Of a stretch of DNA of 64,000 nucleotides, positions 1-13,009 are shown piece by piece. Below the pieces are notes generated by a model. The model had not been told where the DNA came from. It did not search any database and worked only from the letters and a program-made list of their open reading frames with translations. Both the position numbers and the translations under genes were made by a program. The stretch covers positions 15,564,001-15,628,000 of the forward strand of contig CM052816.1 of the NCBI GenBank assembly GCA_028534125.1. Direction: 5' to 3'. This DNA is from Lama glama. Its lineage: Eukaryota. The number at the start of each line of letters is the position of its first letter. Positions within the stretch are counted from its first letter, which is position 1.

Positions 1-16
1 TAAACCATTTAAAGGC

Positions 17-398
17 ATCACCACAATAAAGCGAATATAGCAATAAAGCAAGTCACATGAAGTTTTTGGTTTCCCAGTGCAGATAAAAGTTACATTTTCA
101 CTATACTGTAGTCTATTAAGTGTTATGTTTGAAAAAACAGTGTAAATATCATAATTTAAAAATACTTTATCCCTGAAAAATGCTAATGATCATCTGAGCC
201 CTCAGTGAGTTGTCATCTTTTGGCTGGTGGAGGTTTGGAGTATTGCGAGAATTATCAAAATGTGACCCAAAGTGAACAAATGATGCTGGAAAAATAGCGC
301 CGATAGACAGAGGGTTGCCACAAACCTTCAATTTGTAAAAATCACAGTTATCTGCAAAGCGCAATAGAGCAAAGCACAATAAGACAAAGGCATGCCTG
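17..398 (-). mobile_element. Internally deleted Tigger1-family DNA transposon (TcMar-Tigger)
   Basis: The minus strand from 398 reads CAGGCATGCCTTTGTCTTATTGTGCTTTGC...TTTACAAATTGAAGGTTTGTGGCAACCCT (Tigger1 5' end), with a TA target site at 399-400. Positions ~17-235 match the opposite Tigger1 end (CAATAAAGCGAATAT...CTATACTGTAGTCTATTAAGTG). Confidence 0.85.
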
Positions 399-719
399 TA
401 ATTTAAAGGCTCAGAAAACTAGAAATCATCCCCTATTTTTGGCAAAGTCATACAGGACTTGCTGCCCACAGAGACAGAATTCGAACCATTTGTCTCCCTT
501 GGTTTAGAAGTGAGGGCCCATCCAGTTTCCTAGCTCTGGTTTTGAAGCCTAAATAAGTACTAATATTCCATAGTGTCGCCTAAAAACTCCAAGGGAAGTC
601 ATTCCAAGCTCACTTCCTTTTGAAGAGTGCTTTGTATATAGTGCCCCAAATGGTGTGAACCTTTCTGGCTGAAGGGTTAACTCATGTTCCATCCCCTTGC
701 CTCTTAACTGCTATTTTCT

Positions 720-978
720 GTTTTTTTTTTTTTAATTGAAGTATAGTCAATTACAATGCATCAATTTCTGGGGTACAGCACAATGTCCCAGTCATGCACA
801 TATATATATATTTGTTTTCATAATTTTTTCATTAAATTTTATTATGAGATATTGAACATAGTTCCATATGCTATACAGAAGAAACTTTTTAAAAATCTAT
901 TTTTATATATAGTGGCTAACATTTGTAAACCTCTAACTCCCAAATTTATCCCTTCCCATCCCCCTTTCCTCAGTAACT
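720..978 (-). mobile_element. 5'-truncated L1 3' end (artiodactyl/camelid type)
   Basis: Poly-T followed by AATTGAAGTATAGTCAATTACAATG...ATATTGAACATAGTTCCATATGCTATACAG; similar to the copies at 7747 and 12300. Confidence 0.8.
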
Positions 979-3699
979 AATTATTGACTCCCATTTTACA
1001 GCCAAGCCAATTAGTAGCCTTGGTCAAGCGTGAGGAGCTTGGAGGCCTGGAACACAGCTCTCAGCTGGGCCTGAGAAAAACAGGAAGCCTCCTGTGAGAA
1101 CTTCACGCATGTGAAAACTATGCCTGGACAACAGATGTCAGAAGCCTGTAATTCTGTAGAGTCCCTGGGCACGTCAGCAAGCACCCGAGTCTCTATCTGA
1201 CCGAGGAGTGGCAGACTGACTTAGGACACAGGAGTTGTGAAGAATGACTGTTTCACTCCTCATTCAGTTTAGTGAGCATTATTGCGCACTTCAGTTTCTG
1301 AAGAGCTTAGTAACTAACTCCTTTAGGGCTAAAAAGATGTTGGGTCAAAAGCCCAAGGGGCTGCGTGCGAGGTTACTGGTTTACTCCAGGCTCTCTAAAA
1401 CAGCCAGAAAAAGTGTGACATAATCTGAACTTACTCACATATGAAATGCAAACATGCACTTATCCTCAGGCCTCCAGGTCTCGCTTATACTTATTGGTAA
1501 CCAAGCCCCAAATCACCAGAACACAAAACCAAAAACGCCTTAGAGCCTTGATTGAGGCTTTTACTTTAGTATGTCCACTTTTTTTTATTTCACTAAATCT
1601 CAAAAAAACATACCCTTCACCCAGTAATTAAAATAGTCTGCTGTGGAGGAGCTCAAACTACATATAAGCCTCCTATTAATACTCCTTGGTACCTCTGTGG
1701 AGTGGGCACAGCTCATGATACCCTTTCAAGGTTGAGAAATGTTTCCAAGCCAAGAAAGGAGGGCCTGCCCTTGAGAGACAAAGGTGCAGGCCTAAATCGC
1801 TCTGCGGTGGGTCTCTGGCCTATACGCCAGCCCTGCCTCTCACCTTGGCCCTGTTCCCCTTAAGGGAAGCCATTTCTGTTCAACAGAAGAACAGGCAGCC
1901 CTCGTGTTTATCATAGCTTGTGTTTAGGGAAACACACTAACAATTTTTTCCTGATAACAAAGTCTTAAATTCTCTACCAGTGGGAAAAACTAGGGGGATG
2001 GCAGGGGTGAATGAAAGTGGAAAATTTCCCAAAACTCTTGGCCTACTTAACCACCCTGACAGCACATAGTTATAGTGTTGGGGTGGGGGGGCAAGCTGGT
2101 TCTTTCCAAATGAAGCATGATTAGTTGGCTAGTTCAAATATTTCCAAAGAGATTTTGAAAACAGTTAACATTTTAAAAAAATGTGGCATAGAAATCGAAT
2201 TTCCAGCTATTTTTAATACTATAGGGCTGCTGCAAAGCCCTGTAAAAAAATACTATCTTAATAAGCTCTATTACTGCACAGGTAAAGCAGGGAGAAAGCT
2301 CTTCGGGTAAGTAATAATGTGTAGTAAACACACATTGCTCAAGTGACCTAACTAAGACATCGTTTACAGGGAATGATGTAGGACCGGAAGTTTGCTTTCC
2401 CCAGATGCCACTACTCTGTATTTGTCCTCCCCCGGGTGCTGCACTGGTTTCTACGTTTCTGCACAAACCAGCTGCAGCCACCTAGCCAAGATCTCAGCAA
2501 TTCCCTAAACTGACTTTACTGTACAGGATCCCTGGAGGTCCAATTCTGTTTTCTGGAGTCTAACAAATACAGAACAAATTAGTGAGAAGTTTCAGCCATT
2601 TCACTTCCTTCCAGAAAACAAAAGTTGCTAAGGTTCGATATAAAATTGACAGCTGTGTTTTTACTTTGTTTTGTTTTGTTTTTGGCTACAAGGTCAGTTA
2701 ATTTCAGAGCTGGAAAAAAACATATATCACCAAATCATTCCTCTTCAATAATCAGTATCTTCTTTCTGTTTTTCAAGACTTTAAGACTAAATGACCAATT
2801 AACACTTAAGTAGCCTTACCTGAGAAGCCACAAATCGAGCAAGTGTAGCAGGTGGAAAGGGGAATTCTGTTCTACAATTAACAAAGAGCATGGGGCTCCT
2901 TTCAACCTCCCAAATGCCTCATATTCATGTTTTGGGCATTGATTAGCCTTCAATAACTTCCCCCTCATTAAATCTCCTACCACTCACTTGTGGTTTGGGC
3001 TTCACCCTGGGGAGAAGAGGTGTTTGTAAGACACTCGGAAACCTCTAAAGGCCAAGTTCGGGGTACAATACAACCTCAGTGCCTATTGAAGGGGGCAAAC
3101 CCCTCAAATACTCATTAACTCATCTGGCCAAATAAGATAATAAAATGAGCTGCTGCTGGGTGCTTCCTTGCCCTCAACAGGAGTAAGTTTTTAAAAATCT
3201 TCTAACAATTGGCACCTGGCTGCCTGCATCCCCAACCCTGCCTGTTACAAAGATTTCAGATGCAGAGTTCACAGAATCTCATCAAACTAGAGTTCTAGGC
3301 AGCACCTCTTTTCCAGGCTGCCACAACAGCCTCCTCAGAGTCTTCCCATTCCAGTGCTTCCTCTACCCCAATCCAGCCGACGTCTCCCCACAGTACACAA
3401 ACCTAGGCTGGGAATTCGAAGTTTTTCCTAACCGGCCCTAACCTAATTCTCCAAACTTTCCCACCGCCCAAAACCGCCCAAGCACTCGGTCCAGTAAATC
3501 ACCGAATCGTCTTTCCTTCACCTCCAGTGCAAGGCTCAAGGTCTCCTTCCCCGCAGGTCCCCTTTCCCTCCCTCTATTCTTCCAACCCCAACCGCTGCTG
3601 GGAAATTCGTCCCTATCCCTTAGCGTCCTGCTCAGATTTCACTTGCCCCAACTGGTCTACTCAGATCCCACTCCACTGCTCTCAACAGTCATGATTTCT

Positions 3700-4800
3700 T
3701 CCCCCCGCAACACCTTTTCCGAACACTCCCAGCCCCTGCTTCCACCCGCGGGGCTCCCGAGCGGCCTCCCGCCCCCAGCAGGCCCGGCTCAGCACTGTGT
3801 GGGTCCCCGCCAGCGCCCGAGAAATCGCAGCCCAAGGCGAAGAGATGCAGAATCCTCCCGCAGACGTCCCCGGAGACTGGGTGTGGCGAGCCCCACTCCC
3901 AGCCAGCCGACTCCTCGCAACGCGGAGCCCCTTAGTCAACGGCCCAGAGGCCAGGAGGGCGCCGCCGGATCTTCACAGCCGCCGCCACCGGCGCTGTGAC
4001 GGGAGCCAGAGCAACAGCCGCGGGGCGCCGGGGTGGGCACTGGGCCGGCCGCAGCCGCTCCCTCGGTTCCCAGCCTCTCCTCCGGGGCTGCGCGCTTCCC
4101 TGCTGGAGCCGGCCCATCCCTCCCCGGAACCCGCCGCTCTCGGGGCGCCTCTGGGGAGCTCGGGGGTGCGCAAAACCCCAGAAGGTCCCTGCCCGCCCTT
4201 CACCCTCTCCTTGGTCCCAGCTTGGCCCGGCTGGCTCCGCTGTGCCTCACCTCTCTTCTCTACGAACCCGCTGGGCACTGCTTCGGCTGGGACCCGTCGG
4301 GATCCGACGAGACCGCACAAGCCGCGCCGCACCTGCTACGGAGCGAGTGAAGAGTAGAGGCGCGCCTGACGTCACGACCGTCAGAAGCTTCGAGTCACCT
4401 GATCAACCTAGCAACGCGCGCGGGGCGGGGCGAGGCAGGGGGCGGTGTCACAGCACGAGCCCCGCCCCCAACCGCGGGGCCTCCAGGCTCCTCCGGGAGC
4501 GCTTCCGGGCTGTCCGCGCAGCTGGGACGCGAGATCCGGCCCTGGCCTCCCTGCTCGGACGTCTGAGCTGGATGGATACCTGAGACTCCAGCAAGCTCTC
4601 TCCTCAGGATGGATCGGTGCTCCGAGACTCCAAACGTTACCGCCTGGCCGCCAGTGCAGGTGGCCGGAAGGCAGGGCCCTGTGTCCCCACGGTACCCGGC
4701 TCAGTGCGTGGCACGCAGGGTTCCGGGGTTTACTTTCCAAACTGTCCCGGAGAGGCCTGAGCTTAGGCTGGTAACCGGCTTGTTATCCGGCAACTTTCCC
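3700..4800 (-). promoter_or_regulatory. CYSTM1: CpG-island promoter with non-coding first exon (~4251-4350), probably CYSTM1
   Basis: CpG island with a perfect CRE TGACGTCA (4367-4374), GC boxes (4422-4430, ~4460-4469) and a minus-strand donor GAG|GTGAGG at 4250. Identity rests only on the conserved gene order PURA-IGIP-CYSTM1; no coding exon lies in the window. Confidence 0.6.
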
Positions 4801-5599
4801 CATAAACCTCACAGCAAGTAGAGCAGCATTCGCTGGAGAAAGTAATAGGACTTATCACTCAGGAGAAGGGAGACAGGCTGTAGCCCAGACCCAGGAATCC
4901 TGCCTTGAAGGCCTGCTTCTATTCCAACAGAAAGAAAAACCACTGAAACACTCCCGGAGCAAAGCCTAGGACAAGCCTGCAAACCCTACTTGCAAAGATT
5001 TTTTTTGTTTTTCATTTTAGAAATCGATTTTGTCTTCAATTTTCTCCCCTTACTCACTATAATCGTATGCCTACACCTCTGTGACTTACCAGTCCCTGGA
5101 CGTAGACAATCAGCTTCAAAATGAAAATTTAACACCCCATGGAGGTTCTGATTTGAAAGCCACTACTTATTTCATCCCTTCACTTCTTGCTGACTGAGTT
5201 CCCCTTAAGTTTTACTCTTCTACTCCCTGTACCGCTATGAAGGATTCATATATGTTGTCCTTCCCTCTCAGACTATGGATTTTAAACCAAAAAGTTATTT
5301 TATAAATAACTTCTTGTGAGCACTTTTAAGGACCTGGCAACGGCCAATGCCAGGCTGCTTGAGGTATAATCCTTGAAAATCAGGAGTTCGTGGGTGGTGT
5401 GTCTCATTTCCAAGTACTACCTGTACTGTTTATTGTTTGCTTAATAGTTTTATCTTGAGTAACACTTTTTTACTTTTCTACATTTATTTGAAAAAGAAAC
5501 TAGCATATAAATGAGGAAAAAAGACAGTTGTGAAAGGGAGAGAAGAATCATGGCTCCAGAGTTGTATTACTAGGAGAGAAGAGATTTAAAATGAGCTCC

Positions 5600-5762
5600 T
5601 TAGATAAACAGCAGGGTCCTACTGTATAGCACAGGGAACCATAGTCAATACCTTATAGTAAACTATAATGAAAAAGAATATATATATATGGCTGACTCAT
5701 TATGCTGCACATGAGAAACTAACATTGTAAATCAATTATATTCAATTAGAAAAAAAAAAGAA
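5600..5762 (+). mobile_element. L1 3'-end fragment
   Basis: GGTCCTACTGTATAGCACAGGGAAC...ACATTGTAAATCAATTATATTCAATT followed by an A tail. Confidence 0.8.
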
Positions 5763-6769
5763 AGACAATTAAGCATAAGCCCAGGTCCCCAGGGCAGAGA
5801 TTAGGAAGCAGGAAGATGGTGGGAGCAGGGCAGGGGCAGCCAGACGTGGGCTTGCAGGTCTGAGGGGGGCAGTCCAGCTGCAGATTAGGGAGGGCTTGGG
5901 GAAGAGCTGGGCTAGTATGAGGTTTGAGGGATGCAGTGGAGGCGAGACATGCTGGGAGCAGAGAGAATGGAGACGGAATCTAGAGAAAGGAGAGGCAGCA
6001 GTGGTTTGGGGAGGGATTGCTGAGTAGGAGGACTGCTAACAGCATTACAGGAAGGGAGGCTGAAAGGTTACATGAGGAAGGAAGAGCAGGTGAGAAGAAA
6101 CTGATGTAGGCCCTAGGGGATAAGCACAGTGCCTCTGAGGCTCTACTGTGGGCAGGGCAAGGGGAGGATGAGGGTGGAAGGCTGGGATAACTGTTACGTA
6201 AAGGAGGGAAGCTTCTCTTGGTGGCTGGGACATATGGTGGCCGTGCTGGGGTAGAAGAGATGCTACAACAGTGTTTTCCTTTAGGTCCCTGGCCGCTCCC
6301 CTTTTACTGAGTTGTTTGGACACAAAAAGGTGTAACCATCTAAGGAAAAATGGAATGTCCACCCACCCAACCCCCTTAAGGAAGGAGTGCTATCACCCAA
6401 GTACAAACTCAAGGAATGTTACTTGGCAGCATCCAAGAACCAGAGTCAAGGCCAGGGAGCACATCCTACATAGTTCTTCTCTAGGATTTGACCTCAAGTC
6501 CCAGGAGTAAGCATCGAGCCAGATGGAGAAGTTGCTGGAGTTTCATCAAGTTTCTTCACAATAGCAGTGAGTTCCTGTTCCCGGAAATAAAGACAAATGT
6601 CTGTGTAGAAAGAAGTTCCTGACATAGTGTATTTTTTGTGAAAGTCCGTTAGCCACAGGAACTGCAGTGGACTTTCAACATTTGTGAATTCAGAACCATC
6701 CAAGGATTGTGGAGGCTGCGTGATGCAGGGTTTGGGGACTTGTGCTCTGAGAGCCACCCATTTCGTGAA

Positions 6770-6850
6770 TTCAGGCAAGTTAGCCACCGTCCTTGAGCCT
6801 CAGTCTTATCTGTAAAATGAGGATAATAATACCTACCTCATAAGACTGTA
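6770..6850 (+). mobile_element. MIR fragment
   Basis: MIR core GAGCCTCAGT...ATCTGTAAAATGAGGATAATAATACCTACCTCA. Confidence 0.7.
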
Positions 6851-7514
6851 GTCAACTTGATGTGAATTCTAGGCCAAAGGAAGAACCCAGATTCACAGTT
6901 TTTCAAAGGGAAATTTAAAAATTCATTATATTTTCATTGGATCCCATTTGTTCACTCAACAGTTCGATGAAAGAATGTTTCTTGGATGTCTAATGTGCAC
7001 TCCACACTGTGATGGATACGAAAGGAGCGAGTTCTTTAACTTGGTCCTCCAGACCTCAGACTCCTGAGAGATAGCAAGACAGCATACACCTCACAAAGCC
7101 CCTGTGAAACTGAATGCTAAACTATGTCATGCCCTCCTGTGTCTTCGGGACTCATGGAGTCGGAGGCCATGCCAGCTCCACTGGCAAAGGTGGGATGCGT
7201 AAAGGAAGGGTCTGGAGCAGAGCCTGAAAGGCAGGATTTGGAGAAGTGGTGAGAGAAGAGAGCATTCATTCTTGGTTATGGCATCCGGATAACATGAGTG
7301 CCTGGGGCAGGGGCTCATTAAATATTTGCTAAAGGAATGAAGGAATGAATGAAACAAATAAGCAAAGACAATAAAATTAGGGAATGGTGGGCAGAGCCGT
7401 AAGATGAGCCTAAGTGGACTGTGGAAATTGAGGATCTGTGAGAAAGAATGTAGAGACCAAGCAAATTGGGGATGAGCTTTTGAAATAGCAGAATCTTCTG
7501 GTAGGAACACGGAG

Positions 7515-7745
7515 TCTAGAGACTGAATGACAGGGTTGTATTTGGACTCCATCATTTATTGGCCATATGACCTTGAGCAAGTTATTTAACCTCTCTGTGC
7601 ATTAGTTTCTTCATCTGGAAAAAAAAAAAGGTAGGGAGAACATTGATATCTACTTTAGAGTGTTATTCTGAGGATTAACTGAGATAATGCATATGAAACA
7701 TAAACATGGTACCTGGCACATAGTTAGTGCTCTGAACTGTTAGCT
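7515..7745 (+). mobile_element. MIR SINE
   Basis: TGACCTTGAGCAAGTTATTTAACCTCTCTGTG...GTTTCTTCATCTG...GAGGATTAACTGAGATAATGCAT...CCTGGCACATAGT. Confidence 0.8.
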
Positions 7746-7746
7746 T

Positions 7747-7916
7747 CTTTTTTTTTTTTAATTGAAGTATAGTCAGTTACAATGTGTTGGTTTCTGGTGA
7801 ACAGCATAATGTTTCAGTCATACATATACATGCATATATTCCTTTTCATATTCTTTTTCATTATAGGTTACTATCAGATATTAAATATAGTTCTCTGTGC
7901 TATACACAAGAAATCA
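7747..7916 (-). mobile_element. Short L1 3' tail with a 12-bp target-site duplication
   Basis: Poly-T plus AATTGAAGTATAGTCAGTTACAATG..., flanked by the direct repeat AACTGTTAGCTT (7735-7746 and 7917-7928). Confidence 0.85.
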
Positions 7917-8734
7917 AACTGTTAGCTTTTATTAGTAGTATTAGTTTTATTAAGGCCTGAGAATAGACTCAATGTGAACACTAGAGGAAAGCACTGAAGC
8001 TCCTGGAGTGGGAAGTAGGAATGGGATGCAGTGTCTTGTAAAAAATCCTTTGGCAGCAGAATGCAGGCTGGTCAGAAGGGAGAGGAGGGCCATAGCAAAG
8101 GTGCAGCCCCAAAGGGAAGGAAGGGCTGACAAAGACTGGAAACAAACCCTCTGGAAAAAGAGAAAGCCTGTGCCCCCTTGCTCATACGTGTGTGGCAGTT
8201 GGAGCCTGGCAGGCAAAGGTGCTCAGTAACTCTATTAAATGAACATCTCTAGATGCTGCACAAGTTGAGCAATGTCTTCTTAGAGCTCCCAGGCTCGGTG
8301 GCAAACACTATGGAATTCTCCTAAGTCAAGAACAGAGAATTTTAAAGCACTAGAGAAGTTTACTAAGACTGGGCCTCTGGCTTATTTCAGTTTTCCCCTC
8401 TGTGGAAGCAGACAAATGAACACATATGAAGGGACAGCCAGTGAATGTGGCAAACACATGCACAAAACCCAGAAAAACATAATCAGATTTTGTTTTAGGA
8501 TATTAAAGAAAAGAGAAAAAAATTGCTCTTCTACTATTTCCTAGCTCACTGCTCTGCCTGATTCTAATGGAACTTGAGGTTCATGTAAGGGAGAAAGAGG
8601 CAAAGTCATCAGTTTGCTTCTGGCCATGGTTCCAGAAACTTTTGGTTTTCACCTGAGCAATGAATGAGTGTTACAGTTTTGTGCTTCTTTTTTTCTGATC
8701 TACATTTTAAAATTCCAATTTGCTAGTCAGGAAT

Positions 8735-9265
8735 ATCTCCATTGCAAGTGACTAAAATGCTATTCAAATCGGTTTAAGAAAAAGGGAGAGAGAACTTATT
8801 GGCTCTTAAAACCAAAAGTCCAGACATCAATCTGAGCTTCAGGCATAACTGTATCCAGACACTCAAACACTATCACCAGGAGTCTCCTCTCTTGCTCTAT
8901 CCCTCAGCTCTCTTTTCTCTGCATTCTCATGCAGTCCCTCTGAGAGTGTCAGAATTACATTCTCACAGCAAAAATTTCCAGCAGACAAAAGGCTTTCTCT
9001 TTCCTAACAGGACTAAGAAAACCTTCAGAATGGAGTCTTACTATTTGCATTGGCTTTGGGCAACTTTTCTCTGAATATGTGGTTGTGGCCAGGAAATGTA
9101 ATACCTTGGCTTCTTCCATGCTCTCCTCTGGGGCTGGGGGTGAGATTAGCCTCCTCCCTATCCCACAGTTGAAAGTATGGAAGGAACGGCTTCCCCAGGA
9201 ATACTGAAGTTTGGTTTCCAGAACTAGGCAGAATGGATGCAGAGCAAACAAAAAACACAGCTGAC
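8735..9265. mobile_element. Degraded ERVL/MaLR-type solo LTR (LTR33-like)
   Basis: TTGCAAGTGACTAAAA...TCAAATCGGTTTAAGAAAAAGGG...TTATTGGCTC...GCTTCAGGCATAACTGTATCCAG...CTCAAAC resembles this family. Confidence 0.5.
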
Positions 9266-11514
9266 CCCTACAGGCCACCGACATCAAAATCACAAGCTTA
9301 TCGAAGGCTCCTATAGGCACATGGAATATAATATTCCAATAGGCTAGCTTTGAATCCAGTTGGGAGTCAATTCACCTTCTCCTGTATTTCCAGGAAAGTT
9401 GCATCCACTGGGGAGCAAACTCCAGCACTCAGGGGTTAAGCCGTATTGAGATCATAACATAGAACCCGCCACTGGTTTTACCTAAGTGCACTCTCCTCTC
9501 TGAAAGTATTACTTCTGAGGAAAGTGCTTCAGGGAGCACTTCATGCTTTAAATGTGTTTGTATAACACCTTGAGTTCTCAAGAGGCATCACATAAAGGCG
9601 CGCGATTTTAATTGTGACTTTCTGAAGCACTGATTCCTGAAGTGGCCTGGCATTCGGATAATGATCTTAGAAACCCAGCCCTGGAGGAAAACACATTTTT
9701 CTCCTAGGCTGTGATTCAACTAAGTATGATAATGAAGTTTCCATCAAATCTGAAGACTCTTCCCTGCTTTTCGATATTTTGAAAACAATGTTTTGAAAAT
9801 AAGGGGGGAAAATTCAACACATATAAATTAGAAATACTCAGCCTGTATGTCCATTTGCATTCATATTTATAAAATGGGCTAATAATTTAGCACATGACAC
9901 ATGAAGAAAAAGAACTCAGCAAAACATTAAATCCACACATTCACGCAGCACATTCACTAAGTGCCTACCACGTGCCAGGGACTGTACTAAGCTCTAGGGA
10001 GGGAGGAATAAGCAAAACAGATCCTTGCTTATATGAAGCTTACATTGCAGTAGGTGTGTCCATTTGTATGCAGCCTTGGGTCTCTTCTGGGTCACTGACA
10101 CGAATTAGTCATAATCAGCAATAAACATATAGGGCAAATTCTCAGTGAGTGCTTCCTCTCAGCAAGGCTTTTGGCCAGTGCTCTGCGTACACATTTCATT
10201 ATTCTTTTCATCCCTGGGATGAAAAACAGGCTTCAGAGAGATGTGGACACCTGTTCAAAGGGAAGTAAGTGGGTGGGGTCTTCTCTCTGTATCTGAAACT
10301 CATTTTTCTTGTATCTGCCTTTTAACCTGCGCCCTCTTGTAGGGTGTGGAAGAGGAGTGATGGCAGTGGCGGGGATTATGGCAAACTGGAGAACAAACTG
10401 TGCAAAGGGAGCCACTATCTAGCCGTTTGTCATAGGGGAATGTGGCCTAGGATGGCCAAGTTTTCTGATTTTTTTTTTCAAGAGAAGCTGGCAAACAGTA
10501 TTTTGACATGAAAATCAATTTTAAAACACTGTGAAAGCCAAACAAAAATCTGGGCATCATTCAGGCCATAGGTCTGCCCCTCTGAGAAGTCACACTGTGT
10601 CCAAGAAAGTCCCTGGGGAGGTAGGATTTTAGATAGCAACCCCCACCCCACCCCTGCCACACCAACTACATGTGGGTAGAAAAATACAAATACAGCTGTG
10701 GTTCTTGTACAAAGTATTTCTCAGGTTGATTTTATAAGGCGCAGGTAGAAAAATGGTGACCCTGTTTACCAGAAAAACAAAGTCCTTAATGAAAACAGTG
10801 ACGGAGCAGCTGGAGGACCCCAACCCCCCACCGTGGAGGAGGTTGCAGGCAGCCATCTTAGGCTGGGTTGACAGGCCATGCTTATCCGAAAGGGAAAATT
10901 TAACTTCGGGGCGGGCTTCGTGTTACATCTGAGGTCCTAATAATGATCATTAGGCTGTCAGCACACAAGATATGGTTCAAAAGAATTCTCCTCCTAAAAG
11001 TCACATTCTGCTCGCTTCCTGGCCCTTCCTTGCCTCCTCCGCCCAGTGGCCGCCCACGCTCAGCAAGCCTTTCCTCTTCCCCATGCCACGTGCCAGGGGA
11101 TGGCAGCCATGGGACATATGGGGTCTCAGCACTGGGGTGGTCTGGGAATGGAATGGGGTTGATCGCCTTTTGGTGGCAGCTTCTCTTCCCCATCCTGGCC
11201 TTCGGAGGGAGGGAGGGAGGGGGCACAGAAGAGCTTCCACATTTACAAAACATGTGCACCATCAATCAGTAGACTGAAACTCTGCAAGACAATAGTTTTA
11301 CTTCAAAAGGGTAAAGGAATTCCCATCTTCCAGATCGTAACAAGATCAGAAAACCTCTGTTTACTACAAGAATTGTTTCAGAAAGGAAAGTGAAATCTGG
11401 CACATGAAAAATCCCATTTCTATCTGCTTTCAAGATAGTAACTTTGCAGCCATATGCCACGTTTATTCCATCACAGCAAAACTGTAATGTACTGTAATGC
11501 CCTGGGGACAGATT

Positions 11515-11523
11515 TGCTGCTGG

Positions 11524-11556
<33 letters not shown>

Positions 11557-11587
11557 GCCGCCGCTGCCACCACCACCCCCTCCTCCT
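11515..11587. repeat. Compound trinucleotide microsatellite: (TGC)11 followed by GCC, ACC and TCC runs
   Basis: Uninterrupted (TGC)11 at 11524-11556, read directly. Confidence 0.95.
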
Positions 11588-11864
11588 GTTGCTTGGATAA
11601 AGCTGAGGCATTTGGCACTGCTGTGAGATTCTTAGAAGATCAGGCAAGTGCTCCTGGTTGGAACCCTACAACTCATTTTGTACCATGAGGCTCTAAATCC
11701 CCTGGGAGCCTCTTTTCGAGGGGAAAACACACACATAGTAAGGCCTTAGATATCTTCTGAAAGAGTAGGACAAAGAAGGCTTGTACTTTCCCCCTATTCC
11801 ATGCTTGGAAGATCATTTAAGAGATCAAGTGACTTCTCCCACTTGGGAGGCAGGGCAACACTAT

Positions 11865-12030
11865 AATTTAGAGTGTCCAAAGACCTGTGTTCCAGCCCCG
11901 GTTCCCCTACGTCCTCACCTTGAAACACAGGACAATTTATTAAATCTCTTTGGGCCTCAGTTTCCTCATCTGGAAAATGGAAATAAAACTAGGACCAAGC
12001 ACATGGAGCTGTCGCAGGGGTTCACTGGTA
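11865..12030 (+). mobile_element. MIR fragment
   Basis: TAAATCTCTTTGGGCCTCAGTTTCCTCATCTGGAAAATGGAAATAA. Confidence 0.7.
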
Positions 12031-12298
12031 CACAGTAGAAGCTGCTCTCTTTGGACAGAGCATATTCTCCAGCTCATTACAGCCTTGTGCGTCTCCACCA
12101 CGCCCCTCATCCACGCCCCAGGAGAAGGGACAAAAGGCACCTGCTTCATCTTAGTCCCACCACTAATTTTGTGGCTCCTTGTACAGGCAATCAGGAGTGA
12201 CACATGATGACCAGGGTCACTCTAGAGCCATTCTTTAGCTGCAGCAGGGGAGACCTTTGCTCCAATGGTACCCAGAGCCTTATTCAAGATACTACCTT

Positions 12299-12528
12299 TA
12301 GTTTGAGACTTACAAATATTAGCCACTACATATAAAAATAGATTTAAAAAATTCTTCTGTATAGCACAGGGAACCATGTTCAATATCTTGTAATAACCTT
12401 TAATGAAAAAATATGAAAATGAATATATGAATATATGTATATATATATATGCATGACTGGGACATTGTGCTGTACACTAGAAACTGACACATTGTAATTG
12501 ACTGTACTTCAATAAAAATTTTAAAAAA
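12299..12528 (+). mobile_element. L1 3'-end fragment
   Basis: CTGTATAGCACAGGGAACCATGTTCAATATCTTGTAATAACC...ACATTGTAATTGACTGTACTTCAATAAAA. Confidence 0.8.
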
Positions 12529-13009
12529 TACATTACCTTCGCCTGAATTTTTGGGCTGCTTCAGCCACAGTCCAGATGAGAATATTGGCAGCTTTGTAGG
12601 TGTGCAGTCCATCAGAGTGGGAGTGGCACTGTGTCCACATGGGATTCCTGGGCTCCATCCTGGACCCATTGCTCTGAATCACTGGGGCCAGGACCTAGGA
12701 ATCTTTATGAAGCCAGCCCTCTGAAGGAGCAGATGCCCATAAAAGTTAGCATTTATGGCCCTCTGGTGCCTCAAACTCTGCAGATCTTTTCCTCAATCTA
12801 TTTCTCTTCATGCGTCTCTCTTAACTGGACCATCATCCTGTAAGAAAGCCAGGCTTTCAAGCCAGAAACCTGAAGGCCCCTGAGTTCGGGAGAATCCCAA
12901 TTACCTCATAGCAGAGTTTGACCCTTCTCCCTGCCCCCTGCCCCAGTTCTGGCCTCCCCTGTGATTCACACCATAATCAGCGGTCTTGCTCTCCACCTGC
13001 TCAATCTGG

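Noticed and set aside
3643..4821. Many overlapping 100-195 aa Pro/Arg/Gly-rich ORFs
   Set aside because: Typical stop-poor CpG-island artefacts with no recognisable domain. The same applies to the ORFs in the 25-26 kb and 60.5-61.7 kb islands.
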